From Candidatus Helarchaeota archaeon (GTDB lineage Archaea > Asgardarchaeota > Lokiarchaeia > Helarchaeales > RDOG01): a DNA stretch of 64,000 nt. A model generated the notes under the pieces. That model was not told where the DNA came from, did not search any database, and saw only the letters and a list, made by a program, of their open reading frames with translations. Numbering within the stretch: the stretch's first letter is position 1; each line of letters starts with the position of its first letter. The position numbers and the translations under genes are program-made. The stretch covers positions 1,347,218 to 1,411,217 of the forward strand of contig JAHPZH010000001.1 in the NCBI GenBank assembly GCA_019058315.1. The letters run 5' to 3'. Below, piece by piece: positions 10,039 to 20,622 of the stretch.

Positions 10039-11166
10039 ATGGATGTAAATAAATTAAGTATTGGGACCGAAGCGTCTTTTTTTCCACCATTTGAAAAGGG
10101 AATAAATACAATTAAGAAGCTTGAAGAATCGGGTTATGATTCTATTTGGTTAGCAGATCACCTGATGGCTTGGGTTCCAGAATCAATTTGGACACCAGAA
10201 ATTACAGGATTAGCGGCTAAAGGAGTCAATACTCCACACATTTATTTTGATGCCCTTTGTACACTTTCAATTGCAGCGTGGAATACCGAAAAAATTCAAA
10301 TAGGAACTGCCGTTACTGAAACCTTCCGTCGTCATCCGGCTATGTTAGCGCAAGCATTTCTGACTTTAGATCATCTATCAAAAGGAAGAGCAATTCTAGG
10401 ACTTGGTGCAGGTGAAGGGGAAAATATTACCCCTTATGGTATTAAATGGAATAGACCTGCAAGCAGACTAGAAGAAGCTATTAAAATAATTAAGTTGTTA
10501 TGGAAAAGCGAAAAGAAGGTTGATTTTGAGGGGAAATTTTGGAAATTAAAAGATGCAGTATTAGGTTTGCCACCTTATAAAAAAGGGCAATATCCTCCAA
10601 TTTGGATTGCAGCCATGGGACCAAAAATGCTCGATATTACTGGTAAACTAGGAGATGGATGGCTGCCTGTAAATCTAGATATAAATTCATACGAAAAGGG
10701 GTTTAAAATTATAAAATCTTCAGCAAAAAAAGTAGGGCGGAATCCTGCTGAAATAACTCCATCACTATATAGTTATATAATTATTGATGAGGATTATGAT
10801 GAATGCCTCCGTTTGCTTGAAACTCCAATGTCTAAGAACTTTATTCTAATAGCATCAAATGAAACATTTAGGCGATATGGTTGTACACATCCCCTTGGTG
10901 AAAATTTCTATGGACTTCGAGACTATATACCAAGTCGATATGATCGGGAAGCTGCTCTTGATGCCATTGAAAAAGTCCCTACAGAATTATGTTCTGACAG
11001 TTATTTAATTGGAACTCCTGAGGATATAATAGATAAGATAGAAAAATATATGGAAATTGGTCTACAACATATAGTTTTATTTAATATAACTTACTACTGT
11101 GACTCTAATAAAATAAAAAGCTCATTTGGGGGAATAAAAAAAGTATTAGAACATTTTAAAGGTTAA
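10039..11166 (+). CDS. LLM-class (probably F420-dependent) oxidoreductase
   Basis: YDSIWLADH, RHPAMLAQ, GRAILGLGAGE, PPIWIAAMGPKML. Confidence 0.9.
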   Translation: MDVNKLSIGTEASFFPPFEKGINTIKKLEESGYDSIWLADHLMAWVPESIWTPEITGLAAKGVNTPHIYFDALCTLSIAAWNTEKIQIGTAVTETFRRHPAMLAQAFLTLDHLSKGRAILGLGAGEGENITPYGIKWNRPASRLEEAIKIIKLLWKSEKKVDFEGKFWKLKDAVLGLPPYKKGQYPPIWIAAMGPKMLDITGKLGDGWLPVNLDINSYEKGFKIIKSSAKKVGRNPAEITPSLYSYIIIDEDYDECLRLLETPMSKNFILIASNETFRRYGCTHPLGENFYGLRDYIPSRYDREAALDAIEKVPTELCSDSYLIGTPEDIIDKIEKYMEIGLQHIVLFNITYYCDSNKIKSSFGGIKKVLEHFKG

Positions 11167-11229
11167 AAAGAATTAATATTTGAAAAATCCTAATACTTAT
11201 TGAAATTAAAAAAAATGGGATAATTAACT

Positions 11230-12294
11230 ATGATTTTAGATCCTCTAGAATTTACTTCCTTATTAATGCGATTTGCCTTTGCAATTGCCTCTATTCTTAA
11301 TGCTGGGGTTTTCTTTTTGAAAGTAAAACGTGCAAAAGGATCTATGTTTGATTTTTCATCTTTTTTTGGATTAGGAATCTTTGCCCTCCTTGGTGGAATA
11401 GCAGAAATTTATTTCACCTATTACTACTACTATATTTTTGTATTTAATCAAGAATTATTTGATATTTACACATACGCAACATATGTAGGTTACTTGGGGG
11501 TAATTGGGATAATTTTTTTATCAGAAAAGATGTTTGGTAAAACAAAATATGTTTTTACCATTTCTTGTATTATTAGTTTCATTTGTGCTATTTTTTTTGT
11601 AAATTCAATTGAAGAATTACGGGTTTATACCACCATAATGCTCCCAACATCGGGGTTAATTGTTTTCATCAATTTTGGTTATTCAATGGTGTTTAAAACG
11701 ACGGGCGAAATCCGGAAAAAAATGAGAAATGTATTTATTGGCTTTTTAACATTCATGATATTCTATATGCTAGATTCTGAGCTTGTAAAAAATTCTTTTC
11801 CTATTCACCCACAAATTACAACCATTATTGCAATGCTTGGACTTATAGTAATCATTAGTTGGTGGGCATACATATTTCTCAGCTTTGAAACCTTTACTGA
11901 ATTTGGGTGGAGGGAAAAATTAAAAGAACTTTATATCATTGCACCAAATGGGGGAACCTTATTCCATTATTCTTTTGAAAAAGGCACACCAGAAAAAACA
12001 CCTGATCTAGTAAGTGCTGGTTTAACGGGATTTAAAGATGTTATAGCAGAAATAATACAAAGTAGGCAGAATTTAAAAGTCATGGATCATCAGGATGTAA
12101 AAATTATTTTTGAATATGGAAATTATTCAACTTTAGCTTTAATAGCATATGAAAATTTAAAGATATATCAGTCTAAATTAGATTCCTTAATAAAGCAGTT
12201 CGAAAATTTATTCCAAGATGTTCTTTCAGACTGGAAAGGAGAGACTGAGGTCTTCCTACCTTCTAAAAGATTAATAGAAGAAATTTTTGGATGA
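11230..12294 (+). CDS. Multi-pass (~7 TM) membrane protein with C-terminal longin/roadblock-like domain
   Basis: About 7 hydrophobic segments, then LYIIAPNGGTLFHYSF...PDLVSAGLTGFKDVIAEI...KIIFEYG...FENLFQDVLSDWKG. Confidence 0.75.
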   Translation: MILDPLEFTSLLMRFAFAIASILNAGVFFLKVKRAKGSMFDFSSFFGLGIFALLGGIAEIYFTYYYYYIFVFNQELFDIYTYATYVGYLGVIGIIFLSEKMFGKTKYVFTISCIISFICAIFFVNSIEELRVYTTIMLPTSGLIVFINFGYSMVFKTTGEIRKKMRNVFIGFLTFMIFYMLDSELVKNSFPIHPQITTIIAMLGLIVIISWWAYIFLSFETFTEFGWREKLKELYIIAPNGGTLFHYSFEKGTPEKTPDLVSAGLTGFKDVIAEIIQSRQNLKVMDHQDVKIIFEYGNYSTLALIAYENLKIYQSKLDSLIKQFENLFQDVLSDWKGETEVFLPSKRLIEEIFG

Positions 12295-12305
12295 ATTTGA
12301 ATAAT

Positions 12306-13238
12306 TTAATCTTTTGTTGTTGCAGTAAGGACTGGTCTTTTTTTCTTCATAACTTCATCGTAACCAACTTTTGAAAATGGACAGACTTTAATACAGATAG
12401 AACATCCAAAGTGTTTAAAGAAATGAGGAAAACATTTATCCCCATCAATGTTTTGAAGATATTTTCCATTAGGTGATTGCTTTTTTTTATCATGCGGAAA
12501 TATTGCTCCTCCAGGACAGGCTTTAACACATAGTTCACATGTTTTACAATATTCTCTTATCCCTAAATTTGGTTTCTTTGTTTCTGGTAGTGAAGCATCA
12601 GTTGCAATCATGGATAATCTTTGTCTAGGTCCAAATTTACGGGATATTAAAACTCCATTAACTCCAATTTCTCCTAATCCTGCTTTTTCTGCCATAGGTG
12701 GATAAAGAACTGGACCTCCAAATGGATGAAATGCTTGTGCCTGAAATCCACGGTCTCGAAGATATTGCGCTAATTTAACAGTGGCTTCACCTAGATCTGC
12801 ATATATTTTCATTGCTTCGGCTCCAGCTGGTGGTTTTGGAGCTTGTTCAATCCTGCCTTTATCCATTTCCATACCTAAAACAATTGCATTATCTAACACA
12901 TTATCTTTAACGCGATAATCAGTCATCTCTTCTTCAAAAATAAAATATTCATCGACTTCGGTGAAACCAATTAAATCAATTCCAATGGATTTTGCATATT
13001 CAACCAATTCGTCCCAAAATTTTTCGTCAGCCTTAGGTCTTTTTGATTGATCTACTTGTTTATTATATTTTTTTGATCTTTTAGCTTTACTTAAACCCTT
13101 AAAAGTTCGACCAATATGGGAAAATACTTCATCTAATAATTCTTTATTTGATTCATTTCCGAAACGTTCTGTACGAACTCTGTCCATATCAATATATCTT
13201 TGTTTTAATCCACCTTTAGCTTTTTTAATTCTGAACAA
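12306..13238 (-). CDS. Reductive dehalogenase / epoxyqueuosine reductase-like 2x[4Fe-4S] protein
   Basis: AEKAGLGEIG, FGPRQRL, CKTCELCVKACP, C..GCSICIKVCPF. Confidence 0.8.
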   Translation of the reverse strand: MFRIKKAKGGLKQRYIDMDRVRTERFGNESNKELLDEVFSHIGRTFKGLSKAKRSKKYNKQVDQSKRPKADEKFWDELVEYAKSIGIDLIGFTEVDEYFIFEEEMTDYRVKDNVLDNAIVLGMEMDKGRIEQAPKPPAGAEAMKIYADLGEATVKLAQYLRDRGFQAQAFHPFGGPVLYPPMAEKAGLGEIGVNGVLISRKFGPRQRLSMIATDASLPETKKPNLGIREYCKTCELCVKACPGGAIFPHDKKKQSPNGKYLQNIDGDKCFPHFFKHFGCSICIKVCPFSKVGYDEVMKKKRPVLTATTKD

Positions 13239-13332
13239 CTCCGTGATTTAGTAAATAAAATTCAACAATTAATCCAACAGTCTTTTAATTATTTTTAAAA
13301 ATATTTATAATTGACTCATTCAATACCAATTT

Positions 13333-13884
13333 ATGAATAATTCAGATTTCTCTCTTGATAAAAAAGGATTTTTAATACAAATATTAATAGCAATCATTAT
13401 TTCTGTGCTTCTTCAAATAATTGTTGTTCCTCTGATTATTGATCCTCTCACCAGCAGATTTCCCACCATATTTGAAAGAAGGGCTACAATTTTAATAACT
13501 ACTTTGAGTTTCTGGTTTTTTTCTTTTTCAGTTGCTTTCTTTTTCTATCCCGAAAATGAACTTATTAACTCATATTTATTGTGTTCATTTATTCCATTGT
13601 TAGTGATTATTATTCAAGAATTTATGGGGTTATTCTTCTTTGACATATTACATATGCTTCCAATTATCGTAGTAATTTATATAGTTTGGAAATTGCCAGA
13701 TACAATCAATTTGAAATACACAACCATTGCTTCACCAATATTATTAATCTGGTTTTTGATAGTTCGATTACTTGGAATAAATTATCCAGATTTTGAATTA
13801 TCTTTTCTTGGAATAAGTTACTTAATTATTTGGGGAATATCAAATATCATCATAGCATATATAATAACAAAAAAAAGGGACTAG
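13333..13884 (+). CDS. Hypothetical membrane protein
   Basis: 183 aa, about 6 hydrophobic segments. Confidence 0.7.
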   Translation: MNNSDFSLDKKGFLIQILIAIIISVLLQIIVVPLIIDPLTSRFPTIFERRATILITTLSFWFFSFSVAFFFYPENELINSYLLCSFIPLLVIIIQEFMGLFFFDILHMLPIIVVIYIVWKLPDTINLKYTTIASPILLIWFLIVRLLGINYPDFELSFLGISYLIIWGISNIIIAYIITKKRD

Positions 13885-13891
13885 TTAGAAT

Positions 13892-15163
13892 ATGAGTGGG
13901 GATGAAGAAATTGAAATTGGGGTTAAAGAATGGAATAAATACCATACATATTTAATAATTTTCTTTTCTATTATGAATTTTTTTGGTTTATTCAATATCG
14001 TTTTTGGAGGTTTTGTTTTAAATGAAGTTGCACAATCATTTGGAGTCAGCGTTGTAATAATCCCCATTATTTCTTCAATTGCAGGTATTGGGCTATTTTT
14101 TTCAATTATTACTAGAACCTTACCAGACCATTTTGGCCGTAAGAGAACATTATTTGTTTTGACGATTTTAGCGTATACAAACCTATTTATTACTGTATTA
14201 GCCCCCAATGTTATTATTTATACTATATTTGGAATTACAGGTAATATGTTAGCCTCAAATACTGCTACAGTGATTATCTCTGAAGAAATTCCCGCAGATT
14301 ATCGAGGGACTGCGGTTGGTCTCGTCCAAGGGATTGGAATGACTGCCGCCCCTTTTTCAGCTTTTATATCAATCTATGCAGGAGGTTTTGATGTATGGAG
14401 ATATATCTATCTAATAGTTAATATACCAGCAATCATTATTTTTACGATTCTTTGGTTTTGGTTAAGAGAACCAGAACGATATCTCCAAGAAAAGAAAATA
14501 CGAGAAGAAACAGGTGAGGATAAACCCAGTATATTTGCGGTTTTTCAACACAAATATTTGAAAACCTTTCTTATGAGTTCAATATTATTATTTATGACAC
14601 AGTTCATCTATTTAACAATCAAACGTTATTTCAAACCATTTCTTATTAATGAAAGAGGACATTTGGGATTTAATAATGCCACAGTTGGGTTCTGGATGAT
14701 TTTTATATATATAGGGTCCATTTTAGGGTATTATTTATCAGGTTATTTAGCGGATCGTCTTGGTAGACGACTTTCAATTTATATCACTGCATCTTTATAC
14801 TTTATTTTTAATATTACCTTCGTAATTTCAGGAACTATGTGGGGTATTCTCGTTAGTTTTTTTGGTCTCAATTTGAGTTTTTCGATTTTCATGATTGTAG
14901 CTACGATATATTCTTTTGAATTTTATTCAACAAAAGAGCGTTCTACAGGTTCTGGATGGGTTCAAGTTCTTGGAAATTCAGCATGGATTTTTGCTAACTT
15001 GGTGATTTCTATTTTTGTATATTCTTTGAATTTTACATGGGGTGAAACATTCCTAATTTTATGTTTTGCACCGATCTTACTAATAATTATTACCTACTTT
15101 ATGCCAGAAACTAAGGCTCTCGAATTGGAGATAATTGTTGAAAAATATGTAGAAAAAAAATAA
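13892..15163 (+). CDS. MFS transporter
   Basis: Motif A twice (DHFGRKR, GYLADRLGRR); ~12 TM; MPETK. Confidence 0.9.
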   Translation: MSGDEEIEIGVKEWNKYHTYLIIFFSIMNFFGLFNIVFGGFVLNEVAQSFGVSVVIIPIISSIAGIGLFFSIITRTLPDHFGRKRTLFVLTILAYTNLFITVLAPNVIIYTIFGITGNMLASNTATVIISEEIPADYRGTAVGLVQGIGMTAAPFSAFISIYAGGFDVWRYIYLIVNIPAIIIFTILWFWLREPERYLQEKKIREETGEDKPSIFAVFQHKYLKTFLMSSILLFMTQFIYLTIKRYFKPFLINERGHLGFNNATVGFWMIFIYIGSILGYYLSGYLADRLGRRLSIYITASLYFIFNITFVISGTMWGILVSFFGLNLSFSIFMIVATIYSFEFYSTKERSTGSGWVQVLGNSAWIFANLVISIFVYSLNFTWGETFLILCFAPILLIIITYFMPETKALELEIIVEKYVEKK

Positions 15164-15250
15164 GAAATCAACGCTTTTTAAAAATCTTTAAATAATTTTC
15201 CCGAGTCAATCCATATATTATAACATATAAATTAAAGGATTTGTTACCAA

Positions 15251-16510
15251 ATGAGCAATGAGGTAGAAGCTAAAGAATGGATCGGCTACCACACTTACTT
15301 GGTAATATTTCTATCTATTGTTAACTTTTTTACTCTATTTGGCGTGGTTTATGGAAGTTTGACCATGAATAACGTTGCTAAATCATTTGGTATTAGTGTG
15401 ACTATAATTCCCTTGATTACTTCAATCATGGGTATAAGTATGATTTTTTCTATTTTATTTCAAAATCAAGCAGATCGGTTTGGAAGAAAAAAGATAATGT
15501 TTATTTTTTATATGCTAGTTCATATTAATGGATTTTTTCTAGTATTATCCCCCAATATAATTATTTACACTATCCTTGGCTTTATAGGATCAATGTTTGG
15601 TGTAAATCTCATAAATGTAGTAATTTCAGAGGAAATACCTGCGAGATTTAGGGGAACGATAATTGGTGTTGTCCAAGGTGTTGGTATGAGTGCTTCTGTT
15701 TTAGCTGCATTTTTAAGCTCATTTTTAAGCTTATCACAAAATATGTGGAGATACCTCTTTCTTATTGTAGATGTTCCCGGAACAATTATTTTTTCAGTAT
15801 TATGGTTATGGATGAAAGAACCAAAAAGATTCCAAAAAGAAAAGGACATTAAACTAATCGAAAAGAAATCTAGCTCTGGAATTTTCGCTGTTTTTCAACC
15901 GAAATATATAAAAATATTTGGTTTAAGTTGTTCGTTAGTCTTCTCAGCTTCTTTTATTTATATAACTATCAAGCGTTATTTCAAACCGTTTCTTCTTGAT
16001 GAGAGAGGTTATTTGGGGTTTAATGATGCCACGGTTGGGTTCTGGATGATTTTTATATACATAGGGTCCATTTTGGGATATTATTTATCAGGTTATTTGG
16101 CGGATCATCTTGGCAGACGCAAGACAATCTATATTTCTGCATTTATCTATTTCATTTTTAACATTACCTTTGTAGTTATTCAAATTGATTGGGTTATATT
16201 TTTAAGTTTGCTTGGCATTAACACAAGTTTTTCCATATTTTTCATTACAGTAAACATTTATGCAGTAGAATTTTTTTCAACAGAAGAAAGAGCTACGGGA
16301 TTGGGTTGGATAATGATAATAGGAAACTCTCCATGGATTTTTGGGAATTTACTTATTAGTCTCTTGCTTGGTTTAGGACTTTCTTGGGGTGCAGTTTTTC
16401 TTATTTTCTCATTTTTTCCAATTCTACTAATTATATTGACAAAATTAATGCCAGAAACCAAAGAGTTAGTATTAGAAGATATTCATAAAAAATTTGTAGA
16501 AAAGAAATAA
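15251..16510 (+). CDS. MFS transporter, tandem paralog
   Basis: ADRFGRKK, GYLADHLGRRK, MPETK; collinear with 13892..15163. Confidence 0.9.
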   Translation: MSNEVEAKEWIGYHTYLVIFLSIVNFFTLFGVVYGSLTMNNVAKSFGISVTIIPLITSIMGISMIFSILFQNQADRFGRKKIMFIFYMLVHINGFFLVLSPNIIIYTILGFIGSMFGVNLINVVISEEIPARFRGTIIGVVQGVGMSASVLAAFLSSFLSLSQNMWRYLFLIVDVPGTIIFSVLWLWMKEPKRFQKEKDIKLIEKKSSSGIFAVFQPKYIKIFGLSCSLVFSASFIYITIKRYFKPFLLDERGYLGFNDATVGFWMIFIYIGSILGYYLSGYLADHLGRRKTIYISAFIYFIFNITFVVIQIDWVIFLSLLGINTSFSIFFITVNIYAVEFFSTEERATGLGWIMIIGNSPWIFGNLLISLLLGLGLSWGAVFLIFSFFPILLIILTKLMPETKELVLEDIHKKFVEKK

Positions 16511-16586
16511 TATTAGATAAATAATTGTTTTCTTATTCTAATTTTAATAAATTAATATTTTTTAAATAAAAAGGAGATTTTATACA

Positions 16587-17969
16587 ATGGAGACTGAAAA
16601 ACCAAGTTTTACCAAGCGAGAGAAAACTTATTGGAGTTTAGCAGCTATATCTTCTGCTGTACCATATCAAATGTTTAGTGCTTATATTTTTTATTTTTAT
16701 GAGACTGTACTTAATCCCGGCTTGCCTCCAATTTATGTAGCTTTAGGATTAGTAATTTGGAGTATATGGAATGCTTTAAATGACCCATTACTCGGTTACG
16801 TTTCAGATCATACCAAAACTAAAGAGGGAAGGCGTATACCATATATCAAATATGGGACAATCCCATTTGTTATTATATTCTTTTTAGTTTGGATTCCACC
16901 AGGTGCTGATTTAATTGTTGTATTTATTTATTTTTTAACAATGATTTTATTATTTGATACTCTTTATACAATGGTTATATTAGGTTGGACTTCATTATTT
17001 CCAGAAATGTATAAAACACATCAGGAAAGAGTAGAAGTCACAGGAATGAGACAATTTTTTACCTTAATTGGAGCGATACTAGCATATGTAGTTCCATCAT
17101 TTTTACCTAATGTAGATCCAGTTCCCTGGATAATGGTTGGTTTGTTCTTTACTATTATTACCGCAGTGTTTCTTTTTATTTCTTTAAAAGGGAGTAGGGA
17201 AGATTTGGCATATCAAGATGAGGGAGCATTAGGATTCAAAGAAACTTTTACTGTCTCATTAACTAATAAATCTTTTCTCACCTTTGTTTTTACTCATTTA
17301 TGTATCCAATATGGTCAAACTCTACTTACTTCTGCCTATCCATATTATAGGGACTATGCTTTGAAAATTCAGCCTGAAAATCTTCTTGGGGGAATTATAT
17401 TATTATTAGTATTTGTTTATGCAATTCTCACTATTCCTCTTTGGGGAAAACTAGGACAAAAATATGGTAACAGGAAATGTTGGATTTTTGGTTTGATAAT
17501 TTCGATCTTTTCACTTCAAGCATTTTGGTTCACTGCACCTTTAATTTTACTCGTATTAATATTTCCATTGGGTTTAGGACTTATGTCACAATTATTTTTT
17601 ATGGATAATATAATAGCAGACATAGTAGATGAAGATGAATTGAAAACAGGACTCCGTAGGGAGTCCACGTATTTTGGAATGAACGCATTTGTGATGAGAT
17701 TGGCTGTCGCTTTTCAAGCACTAACACTCGGAATTACTTTACAATTAACTCAAGGATTTGAATTAGTTCTTAGTCTTCCTAGTAATACTATCAGGTTAGT
17801 TCTTACAGGTTCAACTGAGTTCTGGATAACATTTATTATGGCCATCCCAACAGCTATAGCTTTGGGGATTGGAGTTCTAATTATGAAATATTATCCTTTA
17901 CATGGAGATTATCTAATCGATGTTAAAAAAAGAGTTAAAGAATTGCATGAAAAGAAGGGAACAGAATAA
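16587..17969 (+). CDS. GPH-family (MelB-like) MFS symporter
   Basis: WNALNDPLLGYVSD..GRRIPY; ADIVDEDELKTGLRRE. Confidence 0.9.
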   Translation: METEKPSFTKREKTYWSLAAISSAVPYQMFSAYIFYFYETVLNPGLPPIYVALGLVIWSIWNALNDPLLGYVSDHTKTKEGRRIPYIKYGTIPFVIIFFLVWIPPGADLIVVFIYFLTMILLFDTLYTMVILGWTSLFPEMYKTHQERVEVTGMRQFFTLIGAILAYVVPSFLPNVDPVPWIMVGLFFTIITAVFLFISLKGSREDLAYQDEGALGFKETFTVSLTNKSFLTFVFTHLCIQYGQTLLTSAYPYYRDYALKIQPENLLGGIILLLVFVYAILTIPLWGKLGQKYGNRKCWIFGLIISIFSLQAFWFTAPLILLVLIFPLGLGLMSQLFFMDNIIADIVDEDELKTGLRRESTYFGMNAFVMRLAVAFQALTLGITLQLTQGFELVLSLPSNTIRLVLTGSTEFWITFIMAIPTAIALGIGVLIMKYYPLHGDYLIDVKKRVKELHEKKGTE

Positions 17970-18031
17970 CCCTTTTTTCAATTTTAATTACCCCATATTA
18001 AATTTTTTAATCAAATGGAAAGGAAATCAGA

Positions 18032-18280
18032 TCATTTATAATTTTTAAGCACTATAAACGTATTTATTTCTATAATCCCATCAATAGGATCAATTTTTTC
18101 AACTATTAAATCATTTATAACCTCGATATTTTCAGCTTGAATCTCTATCATTAAATCGTACATACCTGCAAGATGAGAAATTTGTTTTAATTCGGAAATT
18201 TGCTTCAAACTATTTATAACTTTTTGAGTATAACCCATTTTTAATTTAATAACAGAATATGCTTCTATCAATTTCATCAC
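18032..18280 (-). CDS. Stand-alone Lrp/AsnC ligand-binding (RAM) domain protein
   Basis: LAGMYDLMIEI...IDGIIEINTFIVL; no HTH. Overlaps the stop codon of the upstream gene. Confidence 0.85.
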   Translation of the reverse strand: MMKLIEAYSVIKLKMGYTQKVINSLKQISELKQISHLAGMYDLMIEIQAENIEVINDLIVEKIDPIDGIIEINTFIVLKNYK

Positions 18281-19713
18281 TTTTTTACTTCAAATTCTAT
18301 TAAGTTTTCCATATCCAATATACTATCTAATTGCTTTAATTTTTCGATAAAATTCTGTAAAAGATAATTACTTTGGAAAAATGTTCTTATTAAAACGTTA
18401 TATTTACCTGATATAGTTTTCAACTCAATTATATTTGGATTATATTTCAATCTATTGATTAAATCATTCAGTCTATTTGACTTAACTTTAAGAAATATAA
18501 TTGATTTTAAGCTATTTTTTTCATGATAATATCGTAACAGAATGGTTATTGATAATATGATAATTGCCATGCTCAATAATATTAGATCATATCTAACTCC
18601 TTCGTTACTAATAACAAAACCAACAAAAATCGATGTAAAAGGTTCAAAAACCGCAAGAATTGCAACCCATTGGTCCCATTTTAGACGGCGTGAAGGCCAA
18701 TTATTTTGACTTGAAAAATAAACAATATAAGGAATGATTGTGCTCTCAATTCCTAGAACCCAAGTCCAGATATTAAAAATTATTGCAGGAAAATTTTGAT
18801 ATTCAAGAAGAAAATTTTTTATTTCAATTCCAATTGTAGTTGATTCTAGAGGCAAAATTTCAATGATCAAAGAAAAAATGATAAGTCCCAAGAAGCTTGA
18901 CAGGAAAAAAAAGAAAATTTTTACAATTGATTTTGTAAGTTGAAAGTTTGTATTTTTATCACGAAATCCAAGAATTCTTTCTTTCTCATAAGCTGTAAAT
19001 TCATCAAATCCGGATATTATGATAAATAATACCCAGAAAATTAAAGTCATGCCTAAAGCAATGAACCCATAGAAGCTGGCTTCACTATTAATTGTTAGAG
19101 GAGTACTTATTATCGTTAGAACACCAGCAATAACAAATAAGGACAAATATGAGAATTTAATAGAGTCCATATACTCCAATCTTCTGCTTAAATTCCATAA
19201 AGCCACTATAATTATTGACCCCACTGTATTTAATATGGCTGAAAAGATTATCCCTAGAATTTGATAAGCTTTAAAGTAAAAATAGATACTTACGACATAA
19301 AAGATGCCTAATGAAAAATAATATACCAAATAAGGAATTCGAGATTTTCTTTTAGATGTCAAAATTCCACTTAAAGGAAGATTACTCGTTATTTGTTTTT
19401 TAAAATCTTGAAATGAATATTGAAACCAACTCCATTTTCCTTTTCTATTATATAATGATGAAAGAATGAGTGATATAAATATGAAAAAGAACGCTCCAAT
19501 AATTGAAAGTAATGTTCTCATAAATGCTACCATTAAGATGGAGTTTAAAGTTTCGTTAAGATATAAAAATGGCCATGGGATTAATCCCCACATTATCGTA
19601 GTTATTAAAATTGCAATAAAATTTACCTTTTTCTTAATCGAGATTAATGATAAAATCAATAATATTACGGTAATTATATTAAAAAACACTAATGAGCTAA
19701 AATCGTCTATCAT
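18277..19713 (-). CDS. DMT/EamA-like membrane protein with C-terminal RAM domain
   Basis: About 10-11 TM with EamA-like TTIMWG, AFMR, EP signatures; C-terminus ISGKYNVLIRTFF resembles RAM. Confidence 0.65.
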   Translation of the reverse strand: MIDDFSSLVFFNIITVILLILSLISIKKKVNFIAILITTIMWGLIPWPFLYLNETLNSILMVAFMRTLLSIIGAFFFIFISLILSSLYNRKGKWSWFQYSFQDFKKQITSNLPLSGILTSKRKSRIPYLVYYFSLGIFYVVSIYFYFKAYQILGIIFSAILNTVGSIIIVALWNLSRRLEYMDSIKFSYLSLFVIAGVLTIISTPLTINSEASFYGFIALGMTLIFWVLFIIISGFDEFTAYEKERILGFRDKNTNFQLTKSIVKIFFFFLSSFLGLIIFSLIIEILPLESTTIGIEIKNFLLEYQNFPAIIFNIWTWVLGIESTIIPYIVYFSSQNNWPSRRLKWDQWVAILAVFEPFTSIFVGFVISNEGVRYDLILLSMAIIILSITILLRYYHEKNSLKSIIFLKVKSNRLNDLINRLKYNPNIIELKTISGKYNVLIRTFFQSNYLLQNFIEKLKQLDSILDMENLIEFEVKK

Positions 19714-19854
19714 TCTATAATTATCTTCTTTTTTAATTTATTAAGATTAGATTATCAATAAATAAAAACAAAATAAAGTTTTAAATTATTTTAAAAAAAG
19801 AGAAATTGACGATATTCATAAAAAATAGAGAAATTTTGTTAATTCCACCGCTAA

Positions 19855-20622
19855 CTAGGACTCCCAGCCGATCTTATTTTTAAACCATTCAGGCATAGAA
19901 AAGCAGACATACATTATTATAGTAGATGCTAATAGAACAAATAAAGAAATTGCAAAAATTGGAATTAACATTACAAGATAGGTTGATCCAAAACAAGTTA
20001 ATGCTATTCCCATCCATAAAGATAGGTTGGATTTTGGTCTATTTTCTTCACGGATCTTTGAAGCAAAATAAAAGAAAATTATTGGACCAACAAAAAAATT
20101 CGGTAGAACATATCCAGTATAAAAATAATTAACAATGGGATCATAAGCTAATATAAATCCTTTAACCTCTGCATATGGAGGTCCTAATATATTTGCATAA
20201 ATTATTAATAGAATAGCTATTATTCCTAAAATTGTTACTATTATTATTAATTTATTCTTTTTATCTGGATATGTCATAATCAAAGCAAAATTATCAAGAC
20301 TAATAATTGCAAAAATACTGAAAGACAATGCAATAATCGACATCAATCTACCAAAATCGGGTTGACCTAGAGTAGTATAACTTATATTTTCTATAATCAT
20401 AAATATTACAGCTATTTCTGTAAATAAAAACGCAAATAACATTGATAAGGTAGTTTTTTCTTTAGTTTTTCTATATTTTTTAAATAAATTCACTATAATT
20501 AGAGTCGATACACCCAATATAATAAAAATTAGGTAAGGAACTATAAATCCGGATGGATCTCTATTGCTAAAGTACCCTGTTAATTGGTTTAAAGTAAATT
20601 CAATTGAATAAATTAATCCCAT
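19855..20622 (-). CDS. Hypothetical ~7TM membrane protein (paralog A)
   Basis: About 7 hydrophobic segments; C-terminus MPEWFKNKIGWES. Confidence 0.8.
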   Translation of the reverse strand: MGLIYSIEFTLNQLTGYFSNRDPSGFIVPYLIFIILGVSTLIIVNLFKKYRKTKEKTTLSMLFAFLFTEIAVIFMIIENISYTTLGQPDFGRLMSIIALSFSIFAIISLDNFALIMTYPDKKNKLIIIVTILGIIAILLIIYANILGPPYAEVKGFILAYDPIVNYFYTGYVLPNFFVGPIIFFYFASKIREENRPKSNLSLWMGIALTCFGSTYLVMLIPIFAISLFVLLASTIIMYVCFSMPEWFKNKIGWES

